64,000 bases of DNA from contig CM060733.1 in assembly GCA_030704615.1 (NCBI GenBank), positions 61,194,001 through 61,258,000 on the forward strand. Direction: 5' to 3'. Source of the stretch: Takakia lepidozioides. Lineage: Eukaryota > Plantae > Bryophyta. Position numbers and translations under genes: made by a program. Positions 37,837-50,620 of this stretch are shown here, in pieces. The notes under the pieces were generated by a model. It was given only the letters and a program-made list of their open reading frames with translations, was not told the origin of the DNA and made no database searches. Numbering within the stretch: the first letter of the stretch is position 1; every line of letters begins with the position of its first letter.

Positions 37837-39916
37837 TTTCAATGCTCGTTTGTGAAGCGGGACGAGCAACTTTATTGACAAGTTTACTATATAATCTTCC
37901 GGTCCATCTCCTTACTGGCATTCTGTATTCCCCTTGAAACACTTGCACCTGTCACTTTTCCCAGTGGAGGGAGCTGAGATTTCTTTCAGTCCAAAGCCTG
38001 CAAGACCACAGGTCAGAGAAAGAAAGTTCGCTTACATCTCTCTCTCTCTCTCTCTCTCAGGCACCCACACACACACACAAGTGAGCTCGAAGTTGAGAAA
38101 TGGTGAAACTGCTTTCTCTCTTTCTCTGTAAATCACACCTAACAGAGGAATCCGGAAGATATGCGTGGTGTCGAAGCCATCAGTTTGGCCTTGCAGAGAA
38201 CATATGACTTCCATGAATAAACAGAAAAGCGGATGACTCTTGCCACCGACACACAAAGATACCAGTGTAATATTACCTACCGGAACCGCATATGATATGA
38301 GAGTCGTCGGGGACTAACATGGCCAATTGAATACTCGACTGTGACAAGAATGCCATCACTTGTTCATATCTCCGTGTCTCACTCTCTCGGAGGTGGGGCC
38401 CCTCTGATTGAGGTGGGTCCTTCTCAAGAGGAAGCACCGGGGGAGGAGGGGGCGGGGGGCGCGTGCTGGACTGGTCGTCTCCGTGCGGCTACACTCGAAA
38501 TGCCGAGAGGGAGAGAGTGTATCTGTGAGGAGGGGCCTTCACAGATGTAACAGCTTCGGTGGCAAAGTGGTTCTGGTTTTTGGTTTTGTGGCTGGCATGT
38601 GCGGTGTGAAAAACGTCTCCTTGCCTCAAATTCTAAGTCCCAGCACTTGAACATATAGGTTATTTGGAGCAGGGACGTCATCGTCAAGTATCCAAACAGC
38701 CGCTTCACACATGAGGGCCATACTTGAAAAAAATTCTAGTCTGGAAGGGACAGAAATGGTCCTTCAGCCCTAAAATCACATAAGAGAAGACCCAATAAAG
38801 CTTGAAGATATGCCTAGGGGAGGGGACACAGAGGCAAGGGGTCACTGACACAGTGGGTTAGCAATGAATTCCGATTTGTGTGTCTGCGACGCTGCTCGAT
38901 GTCTAAACATTGCATGGATTAACTCCCTCAAAAAGGTAATGGCTTTTGTGTCACTTTGGTGGATGGTTCAGAATTGTCATGACTTGTGTATTCGAGCATT
39001 TCCTGTTTGATCAGATCGCAAATGTGTTCCGGGAATCTAGAATGAACATACTTACTGAACCCAAAACCCAAAACCCAAAACAGTAGAACGGGATGGGAAG
39101 GAGAGTGCACGTGTGGCGCACATCTCCAAGAACGTCTCGGCTACCTAATAATGCAACAGCTTCCACTACAGTGTGGGTCCTTCTTGGAACGACTCGCCTC
39201 TCACACGCACACCTCACACATATTGGGCCTAGCGCTCACTTTTGGCCAACCGACATTTACGCCGTTGGGTTAAATTAAGCAGAGCAAATGTCGGTATCGG
39301 TAGTATCTCGTGGTCCTTGGACCACTGGCCCTGTCTGATCTCGGGCAAAAGTTGAGGTGCCGTCAAAGCAGCTGACTCTGTCCGAAACAGTATTTGTTTT
39401 GCATTCTGAACAACGGAACACACGTACTTATTGCATAGCAGCTCTGATGACGGCAGTTCACTGAGCAATATCTCAATAATGAGCATGCGACAAAGGCAGG
39501 CCTGCAATGAGTGTTATGCTTGTGATCAGTTCGGGGAGACAGGGATGGCGGTCGCATTCATGATGCTCTCTCTGCACATCATTCCACCCAAGCGATGAGG
39601 CCGGCCCTTCATCCAACATGCAAACCCATCGGTCTCCGATATTGCCTTGTTCTACATAACAGCTCCAACGCAGACACGATTTCGAGCAGATGAATGCAGC
39701 CAAGAGGCACCTTCGGATCCGCAACAAACCCGGCAAGGAATAAATAGCTCACAAACTTTCTGTGATAACTTTTAGAGAGAACAGTGCGATTGTCATTCTT
39801 CTTTCTCGTGTGCTAGGCTGCAGCCCAGTCTGGTGGAAGATGCAAAATGAATCCACCCAAATTCCTGTAACTGGGACCTACCAAGGCTTGCAATCAGAGC
39901 TTGGGACCCCATAATA

Positions 39917-40518
39917 CAGTCTACCCTGCGTTATTGTTACCTGCTTATGTGTTATTTCACTGTAAATGTTATGGTTTTGATACTCTGCCAAAAAATACAT
40001 TAGAAACCATGTCAAGAGTGTTAAGTGGTTAATTGTTAGTTTATCCTACTCTTCATAGTGTTAACGCACCTCCTTAGTAGTTAGATTCCATAGAGAGACG
40101 TCCCCAAAATAGAGCATCCATTCATGCTCATCTGAAATAGAGCATCCATTCATCCATTTATGAGGTTCAAGCTGAGCATCCATTCATCCATTCATGAGGT
40201 TCAAGCTGCCATTGACACACTACATTTATACCTTGCGCAGCAAAACACCGATACTAGTGCTTATCACGTGAAGTGTTTAGCAATCTAGAAGGAAGTGATT
40301 TTAGCTAGGCATTCTACTTGTCGACAAACCGACATTCTTTCATATTTTCAACCTACTCATGGTTAAATGTTATCTTTCATTGGCAGGACCTGGTTTACTG
40401 TGCCTCTTGTAACTGATAGTTTATGAAAATTCTCCCTGCTTTCCGGTTATATGTGATACCTGGCTATCTGTTAGAAATTTCATACTCTAGAGGCCTAACA
40501 TTAAAGCAGGGCCGACTG
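39917..40518. mobile_element. Complete Tc1/mariner (pogo-like) MITE, about 602 bp
   Basis: TA|CAGTCTACCCTGCGTTATTGTTA ... TAACATTAAAGCAGGGCCGACTG|TA: 23-bp TIR with 4 mismatches and TA duplication. Confidence 0.85.
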
Positions 40519-41269
40519 TAACTGCTTCTGCTTTTGCATCACGCCGCCACTGCCGTCAGAGTTGCTCTTGTGTAGAACCTCTTTGTCACATAAATGACCC
40601 AGTTGACTAGACTAGGCTGCTGCACAAACCTCACATACACAGAGGCCTGTAGCCTGTAGGCAGCTAACTTAGTGCTGGACCATTCAATTTGCAAATTGCA
40701 ATCTGCAAGACATAGCTTGGACGACCATGTTCATGTTCTTATGTAAGGGTATTCCATTTATTGTTCTTTTGTATCATCCCCAACTCCAGTACTTCCATAC
40801 CAAAACAAGTGGTTAATCATACTGATCCGCATACATGTGCTTACATTTCCCTTCCATTGTAAAACTGAGGGGTGTTGTGTCTTCCTCAACCTTTGTGCCA
40901 ATGATGTTTTAGAAAGACTTATCTCACTGCAAAGGCCCCAAGTTATGCACACTTCATATGCCCATGTACCCATTGTCGGCAAACCCTAAGCTCAAACCCA
41001 TGCAGCCGGCAGCGCCCGAATGGAGTACGTTGGGCTGCAGCCCTGGATGGTATACCTCTCCAGACACTACTATTTTGTTGATGCGCATTACCACACAACG
41101 TTGTATTTTATGGTACCCAGGATCGTTCCAAGCGGGTGTTACATGGAAGTGGTGTGGTCCGGGAATAGGTAGTCCAGGTCAAATGGTCCAAATGCTAAAG
41201 GGAAGGGAATGTTGAAACAGGTTACACTAAAATCATGTGCGAAGGGAGGGTCCATATCACCTATTTTAA

Positions 41270-42230
41270 CCCTTAAAGGACCAACTATGTTTTGGTGGGC
41301 CCATTCAAAAAGGGTGCATACCCTTATGGACGAGGGTGTAACTTCTTACCCCCAATCATCCATGGGGATGAACCTTATACTTATTTGCATATCAACTAGA
41401 TCCATGTCCTGTCAAAAATGTAGGCAAATTGACAGTTGCATTCTGGAGATTATAACAAACTAATATGCCCCAATTTGTAAATATATTCAAAAATTGCATG
41501 GAAAAAATTGTTTGACCACAAAATTGAAGTATCGAGTTGAATCTTTCTAGACAAAGGCCCTCCATAATCTGATTATATGGCACCTAAACTACTGCCTCCC
41601 CAAAAAATCAGACCAAAATTCCAAAATTTCAGAGAGGCTGCTTTGTATGTGAAAATGGGGGGGGGGGGGGGGTAAATTATCTTTATTTTATTTTGTTTTT
41701 GTTTTTTTAGTCCAACTCTTTTTATTTTTTTACCTCTTATAATAGTAAGGTGGACACCTTCATGACACACCAGACGGTGGTTTGAACCCACAACCACATC
41801 CAACGTGGTATGTGCCCATTACCACTGGGCTACATGCTGGTTGTCAATTATCTTGTTTTTGGCTTCTTTCCCAAGTACACCCATGAGGTGACATTTTCCA
41901 ATTCCTCTGGTAAGTAAGTGCACAGTAACATTTCATGGTGCCTTGTCCAAAAATTTTGGGATGATGATAAATTTTCAGCCCTAGATGTTATGTTGAAGAT
42001 TGTCCATTTGGCTGCCACGTAGGCAGGTCAATGGTGCTCTAACACTGGATTTCCTGAAACCCTGGCACTTTGCAAATTTCTAGGGAGCAGAGCTTTTATG
42101 AATTTTTGGGCGCTGTAAATTCCCACATGTGCTCCTCTCACGCATCTACAATTCATCTATCATCCATGGGAACTGGAGCGTGGCAAGCAATCTGACGCGA
42201 CCCGGATCGGGTCGCATCGTCCTTTAGGGG
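41270..42230. mobile_element. piggyBac-like non-autonomous element with TTAA TSD
   Basis: TTAA|CCCTTAAAGGAC ... GTCCTTTAGGGG|TTAA. An empty-site copy of the flank at about 42253-42383 has a single TTAA. Confidence 0.8.
41684..41845 (-). mobile_element. tRNA-derived SINE, family 1, nested in the piggyBac-like element
   Basis: Near-identical reverse complement of 46760-46918, with an A-rich tail and 9-bp TSD AATTATCTT (41675-41683, 41846-41854). Confidence 0.88.
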
Positions 42231-44734
42231 TTAACCCCTAATGTAATGGGTCGTGGTCCGGGAATAGTTCAAGTCAAATGGTCCAAATGCTAAAGGGAAG
42301 GGAATGTTGAAACAGGTTACACTAAAATCAAGTGCGAAGGGAGGGTCCATATCACCTATTTTAACCCCTAATGTAATGGGTCATCGCACCCTTTTTTTTT
42401 CAAACAGCCAGTATTGCCCGTATCCCTGGAGGAACCTTCCAGACCAGAATTCCGCGCACATAGATTCCACAGAATATTAAGTTGCCCAGGGGGCATTACA
42501 AGACCCAATGAGGGTCCCAAATCTAAATCGGTCTCAATACCCCCAAGTCCCCATAAAGACTATTATGAAGTCAAAACAATGATTAGTAAAGTATAGAACT
42601 ACACGTTAACCTTTATGTTATAGCGTACTCTATGTCTGTTAAGTTACGTTTAAGTACTTCTCTTGAAGACGAATCCACTTGACAACTGGAATTGCGTATC
42701 GATTATGCTTGGATATCCTGTCCCTCACACTTTGGACATTGTGGTTGTGGTTCCTCTCCGCCTAAGTTAAAGTATTCCTGGCCGTTACACTGGCCTATAA
42801 AGTTGCTCAAAGCCATTTTTATTCTAGTTTAGTATTGTCAACTCCTCTCCACTCGTTTGTTGTGCAAGAGCATGAGGAACCAAGTGAGTAACCGCCTCGC
42901 TAACTTTGAGACTAATTGAGCCCAAACCCCAGACTCAATAAAATATTAAAAGGTGGATTAGGTCACACTAATGTGTGCTGTCAGATTCAAAATACCATCC
43001 GTTCAATGGACAAATAAACAAAAAGAAACATCATCCAAATTGCACCCTTACTCCGCCCGTTTATGTAGCTGGTTTACGAATGCAACCAAGAATGGTTATA
43101 GGATTTTACCCGTGTGGACGGAATTAGGGAAGGGGACGGTTTTAGGGTAGGTTACCACTCAATTTGTGGGTTTGCAAAGTCAACAACTCATGGAACGGCA
43201 TCAGGATATAGCCAGGGAGTTTGTGTCCGCTGCCCTAACGTGGTTTTGCCTTTGCCAACGGGTCCCCCAATGAAAGGAGGGGTGACAGCGGGTCCCGCCC
43301 CTGCATGGCCTACAATAAACCAGCATGTCAGGGCGGGTGGCCCTTCATGGGACCACCCTTCTTTCAGAAGGGTTATTGGCCCAAAAATAGAGGGCTGCTC
43401 TGATGAGAAGGGGCAGCCGCCATATTCTATTCCCAACTCCACCTGAAACCTTTTTCGCTGCAGCAAAATGAGAAAACCATTGTTTTTATATGAAAAGGGT
43501 GACCACATGCTCAAATTCTCTTACAACAGCTGCATACATATTCGCTTGGAATCCTGTCAAATATCATTCCATATGGCATCGTAAGGGAACAGAGCAAACC
43601 ACGTAGCAGAAGTTCTTGCGCAGAAAATTCGAAGCCGCATACATATAGATATCACAAGAGATCGTTCCTATTATAACCTGAGATATCACTGTATGTAGTC
43701 GACTCATCTTGACTCGTCATCTTGGTTGCAGCTCTCCCCCTCTCCATTGCACTTACACCACATGAGGCTTTCTATTGGCTACAGCCCTCTCTAACTAGGC
43801 CGGCCAACCAACTACCCCTCACAATCTTGAGCCACCTTTGAAGCATCATCAGTTCTATCAGGAAACTTAGCCAAGTTGGTGCAACCATGCCGACGCCAAG
43901 CGGGCTCCATTTTCACATGGCATGCAATGCAGTTTGGGACCCATATACAGGCGCCACATATTCAGACATTGTCCAAATGTCCACCCTCCTCCGATTTTAA
44001 TTTGGAACTACTTGGGGTACATATTTTTCTTACAACAGCCCTTGTACCCCCAAAAGATTTGCCGCCCAAACTTTTGAAATGTGGGGATTTGACGTTTGCT
44101 ACAAATTGTGAAGTTGGATTCCAAGTTGCAGCTCACAATAAAAATTATGCTTACAATCCATCGGGTGCAACTCCATGTAATTATATAAGTTATATATGTA
44201 GAAGATGTAGTGAGCAACATAACATAAATCAACTGTTAATTTCTATCTACCATATTTGCAAAGATATGGCCAAGAAGATGACCTTGGGTCATGAATCTTG
44301 ACAAAATCGCTTGGGGTTAAATCACATGTCAGGTTGATCTTTGGACCAAACTATCATTGATATGCCTATGCGGCTAATCACTCTCATTCTTGTCTTTTTT
44401 TCTTTTTTTCTTTTTCTTGTATTGAATGTTGTTAAACCGGTTTGGCCTATGTGGTGTCTTATGCCACGAATCATGGGTGCCATGAAATTATTTTCCCAAG
44501 ATTTGTTAGAGGGAGAAAAACAATCGCTGCTGAACTTGATCATTTTCCGTCAATCATCATGTGTGTACTAAGTAAGCAACTTAAGTTCCTTCATCTTTAG
44601 GTTGCTTTTTGGGTGGTGGGGATTGAGTAAGTTTGAGGTAAGTATGATATATGAACTTTGTGGGTTGTGTGGAAGGCAAGATATCAATATACAAAGCATT
44701 ATTTGACAAAAGCTTGCTGGTGACAAAACATGTG

Positions 44735-44960
44735 TGATGGTAGCTCAGTAGGCTAAACAAATGAGTGCCACCTTGGTGATTCTGGGTTCGAATCCTACTA
44801 CCTTGTGGAGGATGGTATTTATCTTCTTCCCTTTCCCTTGGGCGGTGTCCCTTGTGCCTCGGGGCCTCATTGCGAGCTTAGTTTGAAGGAGGGTTATTTT
44901 CTCCTCTCAATATAATTAAGGGGCTTAATTTGAGTGGAGTGGTCGCTTTGAGTGTCTTAT
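44735..44960 (+). mobile_element. tRNA-derived SINE, family 2
   Basis: A box TAGCTCAGTAGG and B box GGTTCGAATCC, followed by a non-tRNA body shared with 30975-31205. Confidence 0.65.
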
Positions 44961-45315
44961 TTTTGTATTATTCTTTAAATGTGTGACACTTCAAAATTTC
45001 AGACTACAGAGTTTTTGTTTTTGTTTGTGCCCCCCCAAATCACTAGAACATGCATTGATTTAAACCCATGATCTAAGGTTGAAGGACTCCAACGGATGCC
45101 CAGCCAAAAGCACGGCATGCAATACATGCAGTTGTGATGATTAGTTTTGAGCTTGGTGGAGTTGCAGAGTTCCTCTATGGCACAGCTCTAAGAATTTGGG
45201 AATGTAGTTTCGAAAAAGCATGGTTTGCAAAGCAAAGAGGCACAAAACATGCAGAGGAGCTGTCAACAAGATCGTTCATCAAAAGAAAGGCTCTTGCCCA
45301 AAACAACTGCAAATA

Positions 45316-45773
45316 CAGTCGACCCTGCGTTATTGTTACCTGCTTATGTGTTATTTCACTGTAAATGTTATGGTTTTGATACTCTGCCAAAAAATACATT
45401 AGAAACCATGTCAAGAGTGTTAAGTGGTTAATTGTTAGTTTATCCTACTCTTCATAGTGTTAACGCACCTCCTTAGTAGTTAGATTCCATAGAGAGACGT
45501 CCCCAAAATAGAGCATCCATTCATCCATTTATGAGGTTCAAGCTGAGCATCCATCCATCCATTCATGAGGTTCAAGCTGCCATTGACACACTACATTTAT
45601 ACCTTGCGCAGCAAAACACCGATGCTAGTGCTTGTCACGTGAAGTGTTTAGCGATCTAGAAGGAAGTGATTTTAGCTAGGCATTCTACTTGTCGACAAGC
45701 CGACATTCTTTCATATTTTCAACCTACTCATGGTTAAATGTTATCTTTCATTGGCAGGACAACTGTGCCTCTT
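45316..45773. mobile_element. Truncated second copy of the Tc1/mariner MITE
   Basis: Starts TA|CAGTCGACCCTGCG and is near-identical to 39917-40408. The right end is missing. Confidence 0.85.
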
Positions 45774-46759
45774 ACTTAAAAGTCCCCAAGAACCCACACA
45801 GTAGATAACCGGTTGACAAGGGTACCCCTTTTAGGGCTAGGTTTGCCATGATGGATGACATCCAACAACGTTTATCTATGTGGCTTTGAACCCACAACCA
45901 CTTGTAACCTGAAGCGCTTGAGCCGCACCAGAGAGCAGTGAAGAAGCAACACCTGGCAGTCAACCAAGGCACTTGAGCCCCATATCGTACTTAGGCCAAT
46001 CTCACGTGCCAGGTGGAGGCTGCCGCCTGCGGTGGGGAGGTTTCATTTAGGGTTGCAGACTATCAATTAATAGAGGACCGTTGGCGTGGCACTTGGGGGT
46101 GCTGCGGTGGAGATGCTCCAATCAGAGAGATGGGCCCTCACAACAATCACTCGAAAACCAAAAAACTTATTATAGAGTAAGAGACAACACAACATCACAC
46201 AAGCTACGCCATTTTAGATCACAAACATTGGGCGAGGTGAAGTTGTTGACGCCTTCGATCAGAAAGACACGGAAAGAGCGACGAGGGGAGCGAAGAATCA
46301 TATCCTCCGCTCCCGTTTATCGGACTGAAGTGCTCCTTGGGTTGCCTCACTCCCCACGGATTGGGAGTTCGCAGATGGTGACATTAGCTGGCGACATGAC
46401 AGGCCAGCGTTCTAAATTCAAAGCCCAATTGCAATTTTAGTCCCGTGCGGCCTCCTTCCGTCACCCCTCTCTCGCTTTGGTGCTGGTTCTTTTGTCTGCT
46501 GTTATACTTCTTCTTGCTCTTATGCCCCTGGTGGGCTTCCTTTCCTTATGTCCCTTTTTGGCACTTTGTGTTGGTTTAGGCTCGGACTCGGTCTTTGGGA
46601 TTCGGGGAAAGTGCCCCTTTGTAAGCCTCCCAGCCCCTCCTTGTTATTTTTTTTAATTTTTCCCACGCTTTCTAGTTCAATTTTGCCTCTGGCTTTTGAC
46701 CCAAAAAAATAACATTTTCTAACAACTGTGCGATTATCCATCCGATGACTTGGAAAAAG

Positions 46760-46918
46760 GACAACCAGCATGTAGCCCAGTGGTAATGGGCACATACCAC
46801 GTTGGATGTGGTTGTGGGTTCAAACCACCGTCTGGTGTGTCATGAAGGTGTCCACCTTCCTGTTATAAGAGGTAAAAAATAAAAAAGAGTTGGACCAAAA
46901 AAAAAAAAAAAAAAAAAA
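46760..46918 (+). mobile_element. tRNA-derived SINE, family 1
   Basis: A box TAGCCCAGTGG, B box GGTTCAAACC, and a poly(A) tail of about 22 nt. Confidence 0.88.
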
Positions 46919-49900
46919 GTATCTAATAATCAGAATAAAGTTTCCAGGGCATCATCCCTGTTCAAATGTTCTTATAAAAAAAGAAAAAAAAGTATACCAA
47001 TCATTATGACCTGAAGTACCTCAAAAACTTCCTAGTGTCTTTTTATGCCCATTATTAGCTAGAATCCTATACGTATGTCGACCAGTGCAAAATACAAGCA
47101 TCTTCCAACACGATGCATTCTCTGAAGATTCGCACATTTTCTTTATACGTGTCTAAAATGATACATTGTAGACGGGTATGGAAAAAATAATTGAGTTTCT
47201 TTATGCTGGGGAAGACCCCTCGTGTGTTGGGCATTCTTGGATTTTGGGGCCTTCGCCAACCGCCCTGGCCTTTAACTTAGGCCCTCAAATCCAAGAATGC
47301 ACTTCACTCGAGGCCTTACCCGATACATCATCAATCATGACGTGGTAAAAGGAGATTGGATTCTTGAAGAGGCGGTCCAAAGTGAAGCTCCATGTAGGCT
47401 GCAGCTGTTGAGCTTTGCACACTATATTTAATACTCCCATTAGACACCTAATCTGAAATATGTCCATATGGTGTACATTTTATAGGTAGGTAGGTAGGTA
47501 CCTGTTTAGGTGAACTGAAATACGGAGTATACATCACTGAGGTAGGTAGTAGGTATACATGTTGGTCAGGGTATCAACAGTTGGATACAACCCCCAATAT
47601 ATCAAGGTATTGAGAACCGGGTTGGATGCATAACCGGCATATATGAAAATGTGAAAAACATATTATACCCAATGTAATACTGGGTCAATACCCAGCTGAA
47701 ATCTGCCCCAACCGGATGCATTTGTCATGTTAGTAATGCGTCGAACCGGAAAAGTTGAGATGCATCCATCTCTTTGTCATCTTAGATTAGGTTGGTTGTT
47801 CCCATTTGGCCAAGTTGATCCGAAGTACTATAATAATAAAAAGTGATATTTATACAATGATCTATATGATTAATTAAGTAAGAAAATACATGTTCCCAGC
47901 AAGTTGTTACCAACCCTCACTATGTTACACTAACACACTTGAGAGTCTTGCATGTTTGTTCTAGAAGGTTAGGGCTTCGTTTAATTCGTCTTGTACGCAT
48001 TGACACATTAAATAAGGATGACGATTTTTAAGTTAGATGAAAACATGCATGTATCATTACAAACCGCTACTGGACATGGATGTTGCAAGATGAAACGGCA
48101 TTATCTAACCTCAAGTGTGTGTATGCAAGATTAGGCCACACTAAATTTTTGACATAGCTATACGTGTATTTTGAATATTACATATTGATGACATTTTGAC
48201 TACCCACTTGGATCATCCCGTTATGGATGATCGACTATAGCCGGTCCAATATTTTGACAAAATACACGTGTAAATAGCACCCATTGTATCAAGATATGTT
48301 TCTCGTGAAGCTATTTAGAGAGTCTTGTAAAGTTGAGTCAAAACGTTATTTGAAGGGTCTGCTCTATAAATTTGAATTATCTCGTGATTTGAATGGTGCC
48401 CAAATTCATAGGTATGAGTATCAACGTACCCTCGTGCCTCACCTAGATAAGTATGTGCTTGGAGAAGGTGTGTGACTCACGCCAGCTTGTGCTCACGCGA
48501 TACCCACCCTTGCAAGACAAGCCTTACCAAAACCAATTTGTTCCTCTTGTATTTACCCCGAGTCATAGTCGATGAAGAAGAAATGGATTAAAAAAGTGAC
48601 CGTGCATGGAACGGTACTATATGAAGGTTGACAAGGTAACATCAGTGCAACATGTCATTAACTTTCGAATTCATTATGGAAGAAAGTAGATCTCGCTTCA
48701 CAAGGTCGCTAGAGCCATCAGTTGAGTAGTCTCTCGTCCACATCCCCCAGATTTCACATGTGTTAAGTCATTGGCGGCACAAGAAGAGTCGTGGGAAGCA
48801 AGCTTTCCAATCCCAAGTAACTTAAGAGGACTCCTCGCAAGGAAGCGTATCACACGGCTGGTCTCAAATCCCCATATGAATGGCAAAGAGCTGAATGCGT
48901 CCGTAACATGCATGCCTCAAAGTGCCTCAATATGCCCAGGGAGAAGGTGGGCACTAGTTATCCTATCTGGCTTATTAGTGTTTTGAGTTTATTGACCCAA
49001 AGAAGACAACAACCAAGCTGAGTTTGTGACAGAATGGCTCAAATGGTTTGGAGAGAAGATGTACCATACTCATGACAGAAAAGAAGACAATCCTTCAAAA
49101 GCAATTTCAGGACGTGCTAACAGTAAGCGCAACAATACCAACAAGGAGCTGTCTCTCTCTGCCTTGGGCTGTAATTTGCCTTCATGGCCCCGTAGGGAGG
49201 TTTATGTTCCCCCCCTCAAGGCCCAGTGTGTTTCCTTGGAAACAAAAAACGAAAACCAAAACAAGGAGTCAAGGGTGCAGGTCCATGCCGCACACCTTGC
49301 CGCTGCACATTCACGATCATGCGTGGCAGCAAGCAGCACGAGCAACGAGCAATTCGGTAACGAGTAGCGATCACCAAAGCGTGCTTCACATGATGTGAAG
49401 TGGTTGTTGCTCGGTGCACACTGCACACCCTGCACCCATCCAGCCTTACCTACCTTCTTGCCCGAGGTTCATCTCTGGGAGGCCAGATCTTGTAATTCCC
49501 AGTTTTTATTTTATACAAAAGGTAAGCCCATATTGTTGTCATGTTTTCAGGGCATTGATTGCCAAGGGACAAGTACCAACAGCTTCACTCATTGACAGGT
49601 AAAACCTTGAAGCTGTCTATAAGGATGTCATAAAAGTAACTACACAAGCAGATGGATCGCAGTCCTGCCCATCTATCTACTTCTGCACAGTAAGTATGTG
49701 GCTTCATCAAGGCCTGTTGGTGAACATCTGTTGCAAACTACATAGTGTGCATGACCAACCCACACACACTTGCGTAGCCACTGGCATTATGTCCTGCAGT
49801 CAAAATTGTGACTTTGAAAATCTGTTGATCTTAGGCATTTGCACCAAAAATGTTTGAGGAACAGCTCTTATGTAAGGCCCCCAGGAAAGTAGAGAGAAAC

Positions 49901-50620
49901 ACAGGTCCATCGACTCAAAATGATCAAATGGCTGCCACACTATAGGTGTGACATAATCCACAGTGGGCGAAGCACATTGTCCAGCACAAAGCACTATATG
50001 AGGCATAGACTGCAACCAAAAGGTTCCGATTACTCCTTGCACCCAGGAACAGAAACAAGTGTTTCAAAGTCAGGCCTAGAGTCACATGTACTCAAATGCT
50101 CCTGATCCAAGAGGTGCATATCTCATAATTTATTTACAACCTATTTGGCAGTTACTGGAGATGTCAATCTGAAGGATGAGTTACATTGGTAACTCTGTCC
50201 AAGAACGTCGGAGGCCGCATAAAGTTCTCAGCACCCTTGACTGCATCAAGGTATCAAGCTGTAACATAGCCATGTATCAACCTGTTCAGGTAACTTACAT
50301 AACTATGTTCCCACTAGCTGTGATGAGCTTCCAAAAGTTGTCTAAAAGGCCACACATCTCTTTACACCTCACAGAATGTGACCGCTGAAATTGAACTCCC
50401 AGGCCTCAGCAACAGAGAAACCCCAACAGCATGGACCCCTCTGAGGTGCTGGAGGATGCAATGTTGAGGAAATTAACAACAGGACCTGATCTCAGGCAGA
50501 TATGATGTGTATCTCTGCTGACAATCAATTACAACAAAGAGCTAGTTAGAGGAAAACACTGGTACATTCATGTTGAAGGGAATGAGCCAAGCTCGAACAA
50601 ATGAGATTTTTCGGCAGCAG

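Noticed and set aside
44735-44800. tRNA genes here and at 46760
   Set aside because: A/B boxes are present, but no convincing cloverleaf; they continue into repeated SINE bodies.
38300-50500. Numerous 60-140 aa intergenic ORFs
   Set aside because: No recognisable domains or consistent exon chains, and several overlap MITEs or SINEs.
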